DNA of 64,000 bases from a virus: positions 1 to 64,000 of IMG/VR virus record IMGVR_UViG_3300003322_000730. One strand, written 5' to 3'. The notes under the pieces are model-generated. The model was not told the origin of the DNA. It searched no databases and worked only from the letters and a program-made list of their open reading frames with translations. Positions 53,972-63,919 of the stretch are shown in pieces (position 1 is the first letter of the stretch; every line of letters begins with the position of its first letter). A program made the position numbers and the translations under genes.

Positions 53972-56643
53972 TGCCTATTACAATCACCACAGACTCATCT
54001 CTCAACAAAGACTTCATTACTGACAGGGCAAATAAGATCTACCCTGTTTTTGTGGATGGAACGCCATATAAAAGATACATTCCCGCAACTACTTTTGCTG
54101 CTGGTAGAATCCCGTATTACCAATTTCAGGCAACCGGAGGTACGACCTATGAATGGCGGGTGATAGGCGGCAGCTTGCCGGACGGATTAACATTGTCGCT
54201 TGATGGGAAACTATCTGGGACGCCCACAAGAACCGGTGATTTTGCTTTTACGGTAAGCTGCACATCAGGCGCAGAAACCAAGGAAAAAGATTTCAATCTT
54301 ACGGCTCATCCATGGAGGGCCCAATGGCACGCTGAGCGAAGGTTTGGAATATGGGCTAGTGTCCAGCCCAAGCAATATCCCATTATTAAAACAACAGCAG
54401 AAGTAGCTACTTATGAAGCCAGATTAACAGAATATAATGAGGAAGAATGGGCTCAGATCATGTTTGATCACAATATTGATTTAATCAATAACGGGGTATT
54501 CACCGCCGAGTCGTTCAGACCCTGGCCAAGCACAACCCCATCTCCAAAAGAGTTCAAGGCTTCAAGAAACTACGTGACGGCCTTGATGAATGCTTGTCAT
54601 GCAAAAGGGATTAAGTTCATAGGATATACTGCGCCAGATCACTTCACCAACGCCCCAACCTTTCAAAGTGACTTTCCCAGTGAAAGGGTGTATGCAAGCT
54701 ACGACCCAGTTGGGAAATCAACATATTCAACAAACGAGGCTCAATTTGCCGATCCTTTCCCTTACAGGCAGTACCAGAGCACCAATCCGGCCGATACGGA
54801 AACCTATCGCAATACGCCAGAATATTTCCGAGATGGAGCGACCATGTTGGTGGGAAAGAAGCTTATGCTGCGAGAAAACGGCATACGCGTCCCGACGGCC
54901 GACTCTTATTTTGCCGACCCTGATGACGTACAGTTATGGCCAAACTTCAACCGGGACATCTGGATTGAGTTATTTAAAATGCAGATAGACGGACTGTGGT
55001 TTGATGTTGGAGCCGGAGACCCTAATATTATTCCCGGACTTAACCCTTTATTTTATTTGAGAGAAGAGGTGACTTGCAACATGAGATACTGGGCTCCATG
55101 GTGTATTTTCGGAATCAACCAGGGCACTAATGACGCAGGTAATCAATACTTTCAGCCGGAGATTGACTTTGTGGTATATGAAGGAACTGTTCAGAACTTC
55201 TTGGCTGAGACATTAATCGTCGGTTTCGAACAATGGAACCAAAAGAAGATATCAATAGATGTGGCCTCTGTTTTGGGAAACACTTTTGTAAGTTCCAGGG
55301 TAGGGGATGATGCGGATACTCGCGTTAAAACATCAGCCATGTTCATTGAAAATTTCAAGGCAAATTACGAACAAGGGGCAACACCCAGCGTTGTGATAAA
55401 TGCCATGGCGGATGGGACTCTAATTAAAGATCCCTATAAACCAGCAATGCGAGAAATTGCAGACTTTGTTGCAGCACAAGGGAAACTAAGCGAAGAGCCC
55501 GGGATATACATTGATGGGAATGTCTTAACCATGGATACGAAGCTTGGAGGAACTATTTATTATACCCTTGATGGGGAGAAGCCAACGGCCAGCAGCCAAG
55601 TATATGGAGGGCCCATTACATTGACGGATGATTGTATAATCAAAGCAGTCTCTCAGCAGTCCGGGAAGGCTTTAAGTATTGTCAACCGGAAGACATACCG
55701 CAATGCATCAAAAAGCTTAGATTGGCCAGACCTGATACCAACCATAACATCTCCTGTGTCCGGTAATTCGCTTGTTAAAGAAACAAGAGCCTATTACAGG
55801 GGCATGACCATTATCGTTGGAAACAGACCTATACAGTTGTGTCAGGTGGGTAGATATGGAGCCACAGCCATAGATCGGGAAATAATTGTCCGCAAAAAGG
55901 TTTCGGGACAATGGATTCTTCGAGATACTTTTTATGCCACTGGGGCGGTGCAGTCAAACGGGTTTAAATATAGCAATATCATACCCATCAAATTGCAGGC
56001 CGGTGGGGAATACCTGATTGCGCTTAAAGAAAACAATACAGACAACTATGCATCAAATTCTATGTCGGCTATACCTCAAACAAGAGGTTTCAGGATTACC
56101 GGCAAGTGTATTTTGAACACAGATGGAGAGGTTCGGGCCGTTACAGATGACGGAAAAGGTCAGTTTCTGGACCTGAAATTTAAGTTCCTTAAACAAAAGG
56201 TTTCGGACAAAGTAAAAGGAGCGACGGTAGTTTTTAAGCTCAATAGCTCACCATATTCACAATTCGGATATTTAAGGAGTTACTATCCGGGCAATGCTGC
56301 TGATGGAGATGTAAATACCTACTCAAAACCAGATGCCGGAGGATATACCTATTATCAGGAATTTGATATTGGGTACCTGACCAAGCTGACTTACATTGAA
56401 GTAGAATTTTTCAATGCTATACCTACCGAGATACAAATGAACGTCAGTCCTGTGGCATTGACTTCGACCACGGCATCCAGGCAGATACGGATTGGAACAA
56501 AGTTCAATAATTATTCAAACAAGATCCGTTTTGACTTTGCGCCTACTTACGCTAGGTATGTTCAGTTCAGATCAATGAAGCCGGATGGTGCAGGGCAAAT
56601 TGGTCTCGATGCGATGATAAGGGAGTTGAAGGCAGGGGATTAA
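53971..56643 (+). CDS. GH29 alpha-L-fucosidase-like multidomain enzyme
   Basis: He_PIG Ig domain; W...RFGIW...RNYV..L.NAC..KGIK..GY...IDGLWFD; TIYYTLDG.KP Fn3-associated domain; C-terminal F5/8-like NAADGD...ARYV. Confidence 0.75.
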   Translation: MPITITTDSSLNKDFITDRANKIYPVFVDGTPYKRYIPATTFAAGRIPYYQFQATGGTTYEWRVIGGSLPDGLTLSLDGKLSGTPTRTGDFAFTVSCTSGAETKEKDFNLTAHPWRAQWHAERRFGIWASVQPKQYPIIKTTAEVATYEARLTEYNEEEWAQIMFDHNIDLINNGVFTAESFRPWPSTTPSPKEFKASRNYVTALMNACHAKGIKFIGYTAPDHFTNAPTFQSDFPSERVYASYDPVGKSTYSTNEAQFADPFPYRQYQSTNPADTETYRNTPEYFRDGATMLVGKKLMLRENGIRVPTADSYFADPDDVQLWPNFNRDIWIELFKMQIDGLWFDVGAGDPNIIPGLNPLFYLREEVTCNMRYWAPWCIFGINQGTNDAGNQYFQPEIDFVVYEGTVQNFLAETLIVGFEQWNQKKISIDVASVLGNTFVSSRVGDDADTRVKTSAMFIENFKANYEQGATPSVVINAMADGTLIKDPYKPAMREIADFVAAQGKLSEEPGIYIDGNVLTMDTKLGGTIYYTLDGEKPTASSQVYGGPITLTDDCIIKAVSQQSGKALSIVNRKTYRNASKSLDWPDLIPTITSPVSGNSLVKETRAYYRGMTIIVGNRPIQLCQVGRYGATAIDREIIVRKKVSGQWILRDTFYATGAVQSNGFKYSNIIPIKLQAGGEYLIALKENNTDNYASNSMSAIPQTRGFRITGKCILNTDGEVRAVTDDGKGQFLDLKFKFLKQKVSDKVKGATVVFKLNSSPYSQFGYLRSYYPGNAADGDVNTYSKPDAGGYTYYQEFDIGYLTKLTYIEVEFFNAIPTEIQMNVSPVALTSTTASRQIRIGTKFNNYSNKIRFDFAPTYARYVQFRSMKPDGAGQIGLDAMIRELKAGD

Positions 56644-56670
56644 TATTTTTAACGTTTAAATCTACATAAA

Positions 56671-56949
56671 ATGAGTAAGCAAAAATTAAACATCGAAAAC
56701 ATTCACGTTTCGATCTCCGTCGCTGGATTAGAAGGAAGCGGCGAAAATGTTAAACCAGTCAATATATCTGACTCCTCGGTGATCGATTTTAGCAATATCG
56801 ATCAAATGGATCGCATCCTGAACGAGAAGCCTTATTTGAAGGAAATATTGCCGACGGTAATCAAAGCAATGACTGAGCATTACGACGCCACGCGCAGCAG
56901 CGCCACCAAGTTGAAGGAATCATTGAAAGACTTCATCGCAAACGAATAA
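56671..56949 (+). CDS. hypothetical protein
   Basis: Rightward ORF with A-rich leader. Confidence 0.65.
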   Translation: MSKQKLNIENIHVSISVAGLEGSGENVKPVNISDSSVIDFSNIDQMDRILNEKPYLKEILPTVIKAMTEHYDATRSSATKLKESLKDFIANE

Positions 56950-56973
56950 CCGTTTTGCGCCAACACTAACGAC

Positions 56974-59742
56974 ATGGCAAAATCAAACAAAATTGAGGTT
57001 ACCGATCCTGATTCTAAAATAACTTATTTGATAGATTTCAGCGATGCGGACATTTCCATCTCCGGAAACATAAAGGTCAAGCCAAAGGAGCAGCCCAAGC
57101 CGGAAGAGCCTAAGCCAGAAGAGCCGGTAAATTATTGCAAGCAGGGGCCAGAGCCAAAGAAAATCACAAACCCAACCCAAACCAGCTTAATGCTTGGTTG
57201 GCATGGAGAGGATGTGTTTGGCTGGGACTGGAAAATAATGAAGGGAGATATAAGTGTCGCCGGCGGCGCCATATCTCCGAAAGGCAACCAGGAAAGGGTT
57301 TCATACCCGCAGCTCGACCCGGGCGATTACCGGTTTGTAATGCAGGGCAACACTTGTCAAAGTCAGCCAAAAGGACTTGACTTTACCATACCTAAAACAG
57401 ACTCAGGAGGCGGTACGCAGCCACCACCGGTGGTAAACCGCAAAGGAAAGTTCCAGATCGTAATGGGAACGACGGGCGGAGGTTTTGACTCAAAGGCCAA
57501 GTACGGGATCAAAGAGGGAGAGTGGGAAAACGGGAAATACCATGAAGGATGGCTAGACCGAATCGAGGCGACAAAATTCAGCTGGGGATATGGTATTTCC
57601 GGAATTTGTATTTGGATCGGATGGGAGGAATATGAGCCAAAGCCGGGGCAATATGAAGAAGCAGCTTTCCAGCGAGTAATCGACTTTTGTAAAGATCGAG
57701 GGTTGACGTTAAGTGTTGCTTTTATGCCACGCAGGCACCGAGGAGATGGATTTATTAATGAAGATGAGATCATCACTGGAAGCGGCGGTACGCAATACTG
57801 GGAGGGCGTCTATGAGACAGGGATGGTCTATGCCGGCTATGCAAATGATCGTGTAAACAAACTCATGCAAGGCGCAGTCAAATCCATCGCAAAGCTGCTG
57901 AAAAAGTACAACAATGCCTACTACATGGCAAGGACCGGCGGTGGCGCAGGAGAGCATGTCAACTACGTATTCCGCAATTCAAAAGGGATATGGGAAACGG
58001 CGGATTTTTCAGATGACTCGCTCCGCAGGTTTGATGCGTGGAGAATTCCTCGTGGCATTGACAAGAGCCCATCTGGAAGGCCGCCAATGATTCAAGGGCC
58101 TGGAATAGACTGGCCTCATCCTGATTGGAATAATCCGAAAGGAGAAGAATTTGGTAGATTTACCACATATGGCATCAAGAAGTCGCTAGACAGCTTCGTG
58201 GAGGCTGTTAAAAGTGTGAGCGATATCAAATGTCTTTACTTCTATTCGGCCACATCTAACCGGCAAATGCGTGCCACCGCCAACCCGCTCCTCGGCTGGA
58301 TCGCGGAAAAAGCGGATGGGTTTTACGGAAGTGATGGAGACGGGCCAGGAGATTTGTATGCGAAGATAAAAGTCAACTCGCTGAACCTTGGGCTTTACCC
58401 TGATAAAATCTCTTCCACAGAGCTCGATCCGGACGACATGAGCCCTTCCAGGAACAATACGGGGAAAATGCCTGACTACGGACAGGGAGGGCTTCTGTAC
58501 AACAACTTCCTGCAAATAGCCCGGGATCTTTATTCTCGTGGATTAGAATGCCTGCACTTGGCAATGGCATTCTCCGTCCAAGAGTTGAAAGATTTTGAGC
58601 CTACACTGAAAACGCTGAACGAAGAGTGGCTGAACCGAGACTATTTCCGGCCACAAATCACCGCCGCTAACACTGTCGAGGTTGACGTGACCGATAAGTA
58701 CAGAAGCGACAGGGATTTGATGGATGGAGTCAAAGCTTATGATGTGTACACCAAGTATGTAGGCCCTACATTCTGGGGAGGAGTGCCCCCGGAGTTGGGT
58801 GACGGTGGAACTACGGCTCCTCCACCGTCAAACGCTGATTATTCGCCGGTGAAATCTTATCTGGAAGGAAATATTGCCAATTATAATTGGAATGTAATCT
58901 TTGATCTCCGTGACCCAGGTAAAGAGCTTTATTCGTTTACGAAGGGCCAGTATGACAAGAGCTCTCGACTGAAAGTAATGTCTCACTCTAAGTTCACAAC
59001 GGGCGTAATCATCGCTTACTTAATAGACCAAGGGAAGCTTTCTTTAGACACCAAAGTAGGCGATGTGATACGTTCATGGGATCATCCCGATCGCGCTGGT
59101 ATTACAGTTCGTCAAATTATGGGACACCTGTCTGGTATTCCTGACAATACCGACAACGAAGGTGCCGATACGCTGGAATACTATGTAGACAATTTGGTTA
59201 ATAAACCAGGATTTTCTACGCCTGGAGAGCAATTTATATATTCCACATCTTCTTATCAGGTGGTAGCTAGGATGGCCGAGTTGGTATCCGGCAAGACATG
59301 GAGGGGCTTGTTCAAAGAGATACTGGTAGATCCGTGTGAAATGGGCAATGCAGAATACAATCCAACTATCGGAGATATCAAAGGCAAGCCGTTGAACCCG
59401 CTGGCCGGATATGGACTAGTATGCTCTGAAAGCGAATGGATGAACTTTATCAGTATGATTAGGGATGGCGGGACGTATAAAGGCAGACGGGTTCTTTCGC
59501 AGAACGTGTTGGATATATTAAAAACCAAAACATCCCCGGGATGGAGCGACTGGGGCGTGGGTGTTATGTTCACTGACGATCAATTTATCAGCGAGGCGGC
59601 GTCAGGGTGCTTTACGTTTATATTACCATCCAAGTATGCTGGGACTATTTTCACACAGTCAAACTATGAAAGTACATATGGCTCTAACCATTATGTTCGC
59701 AGGATGGTGTATGATATTTATTCCCAAGGGGCTATGTCTTAA
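56974..59742 (+). CDS. clan GH-A-like glycoside hydrolase fused to a beta-lactamase-fold serine hydrolase
   Basis: W...EPKPGQY....FQRVID.C...GL (GH35/42-like); C-terminal SHSK (SxxK), ITVRQIMGHLSG, PGEQFIYS. Confidence 0.75.
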   Translation: MAKSNKIEVTDPDSKITYLIDFSDADISISGNIKVKPKEQPKPEEPKPEEPVNYCKQGPEPKKITNPTQTSLMLGWHGEDVFGWDWKIMKGDISVAGGAISPKGNQERVSYPQLDPGDYRFVMQGNTCQSQPKGLDFTIPKTDSGGGTQPPPVVNRKGKFQIVMGTTGGGFDSKAKYGIKEGEWENGKYHEGWLDRIEATKFSWGYGISGICIWIGWEEYEPKPGQYEEAAFQRVIDFCKDRGLTLSVAFMPRRHRGDGFINEDEIITGSGGTQYWEGVYETGMVYAGYANDRVNKLMQGAVKSIAKLLKKYNNAYYMARTGGGAGEHVNYVFRNSKGIWETADFSDDSLRRFDAWRIPRGIDKSPSGRPPMIQGPGIDWPHPDWNNPKGEEFGRFTTYGIKKSLDSFVEAVKSVSDIKCLYFYSATSNRQMRATANPLLGWIAEKADGFYGSDGDGPGDLYAKIKVNSLNLGLYPDKISSTELDPDDMSPSRNNTGKMPDYGQGGLLYNNFLQIARDLYSRGLECLHLAMAFSVQELKDFEPTLKTLNEEWLNRDYFRPQITAANTVEVDVTDKYRSDRDLMDGVKAYDVYTKYVGPTFWGGVPPELGDGGTTAPPPSNADYSPVKSYLEGNIANYNWNVIFDLRDPGKELYSFTKGQYDKSSRLKVMSHSKFTTGVIIAYLIDQGKLSLDTKVGDVIRSWDHPDRAGITVRQIMGHLSGIPDNTDNEGADTLEYYVDNLVNKPGFSTPGEQFIYSTSSYQVVARMAELVSGKTWRGLFKEILVDPCEMGNAEYNPTIGDIKGKPLNPLAGYGLVCSESEWMNFISMIRDGGTYKGRRVLSQNVLDILKTKTSPGWSDWGVGVMFTDDQFISEAASGCFTFILPSKYAGTIFTQSNYESTYGSNHYVRRMVYDIYSQGAMS

Positions 59743-59769
59743 TAACTCAGAGCGATTCTTAGATATGCA

Positions 59770-59913
59770 ATGAAAATTTCTAAGGAGTTTTTGACAAAGT
59801 TTGTGATATTTGTAGTATTACTTTTATTGGCAATATGGCTAACTGAGAGTTATTACCACAAGCCTATTGTCATAAATAAAGTAAAGGTAACAAAGCCATT
59901 AAATAAGTTTTGA
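59770..59913 (+). CDS. 47-aa single-pass membrane protein (below ORF-track cutoff)
   Basis: MKISKEFLTKFVIFVVLLLLAIWLTESYYHKPIVINKVKVTKPLNKF. Confidence 0.55.
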   Translation: MKISKEFLTKFVIFVVLLLLAIWLTESYYHKPIVINKVKVTKPLNKF

Positions 59914-59968
59914 TTATCTTTCGATACCCTTGGAACACTTATTGTATTACTTTGCATAGCCCACCGCG

Positions 59969-60385
59969 ATGAAACAGCTTTTTGATGTCGTCGGCAAGTT
60001 TTTTGCCGCACTTACCGCAAAAGATTATGTTGCCGTATCAATTATCATCGCGCTGACAGTAGCGTACTTCGGACGATCTGATAAGCAGGCCGCCGAAGAG
60101 GCCGCCAGAATCGCCCAGGAAATATGCCGGCTGGACCGGATCAGAAGTGATTCGGCTTGGCAGGCACGTTTTGATCAGAGGGATGCTTTCTGGGAGGCCA
60201 AATTTGAACGGAGAACGCAGGAATATATTAACAGCTTGCGTGGTATCACAGATACAGTACAGCTGGCGGTAGGCGGCATAAAAAGGGCTGTTGTGGAGCG
60301 GGAACTAACCCGAAGCGAGATAAACCGAAAGGTAAACAGAAATGGACGGGAGTTGGAAGCTATCAAAAAAGAAAGGGTGCAGTGA
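59969..60385 (+). CDS. lysis-cassette membrane protein (holin or i-spanin-like)
   Basis: One N-terminal TM helix plus coiled coil, upstream of the endolysin. Confidence 0.55.
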   Translation: MKQLFDVVGKFFAALTAKDYVAVSIIIALTVAYFGRSDKQAAEEAARIAQEICRLDRIRSDSAWQARFDQRDAFWEAKFERRTQEYINSLRGITDTVQLAVGGIKRAVVERELTRSEINRKVNRNGRELEAIKKERVQ

Positions 60386-60882
60386 TGATCTTATTCGTAT
60401 ACACGATTTTCAGGGTGTTTCTTTTGTTCCTTCTCAATATTGGGCTCGAATCGGACCAGCAGGTGCGGGCACAGGATACTGCCCGCCGGATTCCAGCCCC
60501 CGTAGATTCTTCGGAAGTATTCCGCAGCGACAAGGTTATAGATGCGGCGCTGGACAGTGCCATAAGGGCGGTACAAGAACTAAGGGATATCCACAAGCTG
60601 GTTAAAAAAGGGACAGCTCAAAACAAGAGACTCAGCAAAAAACTGGATAGCATTTATTACGGATCGATCCTCCCGCTGAAATATCTTCAAGGCCGTACTA
60701 CGACGACTAGTACTACAATAACCGGCAATATAACGGTGATGCCAGCAATCCATGAAGTCCGCTTTGTGAACAATGAGCTTTGCATCGACAGACTGCCTCA
60801 CAAAGTCACGCCAGAAGCTGCCATGTCCCGGGTTAAGCCCAAATTCTTCCAGCGGATCAAGAACTTCTTTAAGAAGAAATAA
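60382..60882 (+). CDS. lysis-cassette membrane-anchored protein
   Basis: Hydrophobic N-terminus, basic C-terminus, coupled to the previous gene. Confidence 0.5.
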   Translation: MMILFVYTIFRVFLLFLLNIGLESDQQVRAQDTARRIPAPVDSSEVFRSDKVIDAALDSAIRAVQELRDIHKLVKKGTAQNKRLSKKLDSIYYGSILPLKYLQGRTTTTSTTITGNITVMPAIHEVRFVNNELCIDRLPHKVTPEAAMSRVKPKFFQRIKNFFKKK

Positions 60883-60918
60883 TGCTGTATTTTTGGTTGA
60901 AACCAAACGACATGCTTT

Positions 60919-61581
60919 ATGAATCTGGATAACTTGGATCTGCTGTTTCCCGTCGGGAGATCTGCATACCGCAATATCAAAATCCCTATCAAATCGGCAT
61001 TTGAATATGCTGGCATAGACACCCCGAAGGCAGCCGCCTTGTTTTTGGCAAATTGTGCTCATGAAACGGGTGGCTTTACATCATTCCGGGAGAATACATT
61101 GTATACAGCTGATAGATTGGCTGAGGTTTGGCCTGGCCGCTTTAAAGGACCTGATGGAGAGCCCAACGAGCTGGCCAGAAAACTGCACCGGAAACGGGAT
61201 GCCATCGCTGATCACGTGTATGCAAATCGCCTATCGAACGGAGACGTTAAATCCCATGATGGATCTCGATACATTGGTCGTGGGCTACCTATGCTTACCG
61301 GTAGATACTGGTATACCAAGATGGACCAGGAATTCAACATGAATGGCAAGCTGCTAATGATCCCATCGATGTTGGAAGACAAATATTGGTCGGCAATGGC
61401 GGGCGGGTTCTTCTGGAAAGAAAAGAAGATGTCCCAGTATGCTGACAGAATCGGCAACAGAAAGGATAAGGACACCGGGATTGACTTGGCTATCGTGCAG
61501 GCCCGTAAAGCGTGGCAGGGAGGCTCTTTGGGGCTAAAAGAAGTGAATGAATGGTATCAGAAATTTATTAAACTGCTGTAG
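60919..61581 (+). CDS. GH19 endolysin
   Basis: FLANCAHETGGF...EN..Y...YANR..NG...DG.RYIGRG..MLTGR; TATTTTTG box at 60888-60895. Confidence 0.92.
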   Translation: MNLDNLDLLFPVGRSAYRNIKIPIKSAFEYAGIDTPKAAALFLANCAHETGGFTSFRENTLYTADRLAEVWPGRFKGPDGEPNELARKLHRKRDAIADHVYANRLSNGDVKSHDGSRYIGRGLPMLTGRYWYTKMDQEFNMNGKLLMIPSMLEDKYWSAMAGGFFWKEKKMSQYADRIGNRKDKDTGIDLAIVQARKAWQGGSLGLKEVNEWYQKFIKLL

Positions 61582-62658
61582 GTGCTCATGGTTCCTGATC
61601 AATTATTCCAAAGAACAAGACATGCATTCTGTTTACCCGGAGGGGGCGCCAAAGGGGCCGTGCAGACGGGAGCCATTAACCGCTGCTTGGAGTTGGGAGT
61701 AGAAGCCGACATGGTGTTTGCTACTTCGGCCGGCAGCCTCAATGGGATTATGGTGGCCATGAGAAAATATGAGCTTCTCAATGAACTATGGGAGCAAACC
61801 GGGAACACGGCAGGAAGATTTATTTTCGAATCATACTTGGCCGAGCTGCATGATGGCACCGTCAGGGCTAATGTAGGCGAGATTCGCAACATCCTATCGG
61901 CAGGATTGAACTTCGGAGATAAGATCGGATTGATCACCAAGAAAGGACAAAAGAAATTTCTGCAAAAAATCGTCGACAACGCCAAAGGGATCGATCACTT
62001 GCTGGACAATTCTCCACTTCGGGAGACACTGTTGAAGCACGTGAGAATGGAAGATGTGAAGGTGCCGTTTAGCTGTACATTGGTCAGCCTGTATGACGGA
62101 GCGCTTTATACAGTGCCTCACACGAGATTCAGGGACAGCACTAACCTTGCACTTGGCGTCCTTGCATCTACCAGCATCCCTGGCATTTGCGCTCCGGTAC
62201 AGGAGATACAACTTGCAGATGGGACTGTGATCTTCGACGCGGTAGACGGCGGACTACGCAGTTCCAGCCCGCTACCTCAATGCATGGCCGCAATCCCAGC
62301 AGAGGACGAATGGGTTGTGTGGGGATTTAATTGCAACAGCATCAAGCAGCAACTCAACAAGACAAGGAAGAACCTGCTTACTCAGGCCGGAGCATCGGTA
62401 GATATTATGCTTAATGATGGATTTGCCCGAGATGTGAAGATGTCGACAAAGATCAACGAGTGGGCAATGAAGTACCCTGAGTTCAGGGAAGGGGAAGGGA
62501 TCAAAGTAGCCAGGATATTCAACATCGAGGCGCCTCTGGATAAAGAAGGAAATCCACTCCTTGGGAGCACAATGGACTTCCGGCAGGAGTGGATCAAAAA
62601 ACGGATGGCAATTGGGTACGAGTCGGTCAATATGTACTTTGAGCAGCTGAGCGTTTAA
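61582..62658 (+). CDS. patatin-like phospholipase
   Basis: GGGAKG loop, ATSAG nucleophile elbow, ASTSIP, DGG catalytic Asp. Confidence 0.9.
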   Translation: MLMVPDQLFQRTRHAFCLPGGGAKGAVQTGAINRCLELGVEADMVFATSAGSLNGIMVAMRKYELLNELWEQTGNTAGRFIFESYLAELHDGTVRANVGEIRNILSAGLNFGDKIGLITKKGQKKFLQKIVDNAKGIDHLLDNSPLRETLLKHVRMEDVKVPFSCTLVSLYDGALYTVPHTRFRDSTNLALGVLASTSIPGICAPVQEIQLADGTVIFDAVDGGLRSSSPLPQCMAAIPAEDEWVVWGFNCNSIKQQLNKTRKNLLTQAGASVDIMLNDGFARDVKMSTKINEWAMKYPEFREGEGIKVARIFNIEAPLDKEGNPLLGSTMDFRQEWIKKRMAIGYESVNMYFEQLSV

Positions 62659-63353
62659 TGTTTATACTTACCGGTTAAATATACCTGACCTTTTGGTGTA
62701 ATAAAAGTCTGAGAATGGAGTCTTGTATTCCCTTCTGGGCCAACGACAGTCTCTTTTACATCAAAAATTCCCATTTGGAGATAATTCTGGTAAGGCAAGT
62801 TTTTCTTTGCTCCAAGAGCGATAAGATATTTATGATTCCTCAACCATTCAAAGAATAGATTCTGACCGGTGCCAAGTATTTTGGCAAACTCCCCTACTGT
62901 AATATTGTCTCCGGTAGTCAGCAGCTCTTCCGCCGCTCTTACTTTCGGCGCGTCTTCTTCGATTTTACTTTCCAGTGCCAAGCGCTCTTCTTCTAAACGC
63001 ACAACCTCTTTCATTGCCTCGAGATAAGTTGTCGGAGTTTTTGGTTTGAGAAGTTCCTGTTCGCAGGCGATAAAATAATTTCTAATCTGCTCGCCCTTTT
63101 CTGTTCTTGCGAGCATTGATAGTCTCTTTGCAAAATCAATTGTGAGGTAAAAATCTCGAGACTGGTTACCGTTCGACATGATGTCGAACCCCATCCAATC
63201 CCTCATTTCCTCCGCATACGGGTTCTTTTCAATATTCTTTTTTGCCCAGCGAGACCATTGAGACTTTTCAAACCCAAGGAATTCATACAGATCCTTTGCT
63301 GAGACAATTGACTTCCCTCCTTCGCTTTTTGAAACTTTGATTAACTGGTCCAT
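62655..63353 (-). CDS. phage antirepressor (AntA/AntB N-domain plus KilAC C-domain)
   Basis: VSAKDLYEFL...AKRLSM...GEQIRNYFI; FAKILG.GQN..FEWLR...T.ITPKGQ; start re-called at 63353. Confidence 0.9.
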   Translation of the reverse strand: MDQLIKVSKSEGGKSIVSAKDLYEFLGFEKSQWSRWAKKNIEKNPYAEEMRDWMGFDIMSNGNQSRDFYLTIDFAKRLSMLARTEKGEQIRNYFIACEQELLKPKTPTTYLEAMKEVVRLEEERLALESKIEEDAPKVRAAEELLTTGDNITVGEFAKILGTGQNLFFEWLRNHKYLIALGAKKNLPYQNYLQMGIFDVKETVVGPEGNTRLHSQTFITPKGQVYLTGKYKH

Positions 63354-63369
63354 GATTGTTAAAACAGAA

Positions 63370-63468
63370 AAAGCCCGCCATCGAGGTAGGAGTCTCTCCG
63401 GCAAGGCTTTCTTCAATTTAAGGTCTTTGATTCAGCTCCTACCCTGAATAATTTCTTAATCAAAGATA
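63370..63468 (-). promoter_or_regulatory. antirepressor promoter and attenuator-like leader
   Basis: TATCTTTG at 63461-63468; terminator-like hairpin 63370-63410 whose loop is complementary to 63436-63443. Confidence 0.65.
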
Positions 63469-63487
63469 GAAACATTCTCACAAAATC

Positions 63488-63919
63488 TCAATCATTTTTC
63501 TTCTCAAACTCCCCACTATAATCCTGCTGCGGCCACGGTTGATGCCGGGGCCTGATAACGTTCTCCGGATCGGGGATGTCTATCCCGCCGAACCTCATTG
63601 CAAAGTGGCGCACTTTCAAGACGAATTTCCACATATCTTCCATACTGATGTTAGTTGTAGTCAGATCCTGATAATCCCGGAAGGTCACCAGCGGTAGCAT
63701 AGATTCCACAAAGATGTCATGCAGCTCATCGATGGTGTGACCGGTTCTTTCGGAGATTTTCTGCAACACCACACCGTGCCAGTAGTTGTTCAGCGGCAGG
63801 CTGCGGACATACTGCTGGCTTTCAATGTGGATCACCTTTCTGCCGCGGAGCGTCTTGACGTATTCGATGAATCTGTCACGTTCTCTTGGGTCTGAAAAAT
63901 CTGCTGATATGTCTTCCAT
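63488..63919 (-). CDS. NinB/Orf-like recombination accessory protein
   Basis: RSLPLNNYWHGVV...I...TG....ELH. Confidence 0.7.
   Translation of the reverse strand: MEDISADFSDPRERDRFIEYVKTLRGRKVIHIESQQYVRSLPLNNYWHGVVLQKISERTGHTIDELHDIFVESMLPLVTFRDYQDLTTTNISMEDMWKFVLKVRHFAMRFGGIDIPDPENVIRPRHQPWPQQDYSGEFEKKND

Noticed and set aside
58860-59742. Antibiotic-resistance beta-lactamase
   Set aside because: Only the general SxxK fold is evident; there is no signal peptide or KTG motif and it is fused to a glycosidase.
24827-62658. Many minus-strand ORFs in the track opposite structural genes (and plus-strand ORFs within 1-18 kb)
   Set aside because: These are antisense shadows of real genes with no motifs or plausible starts.
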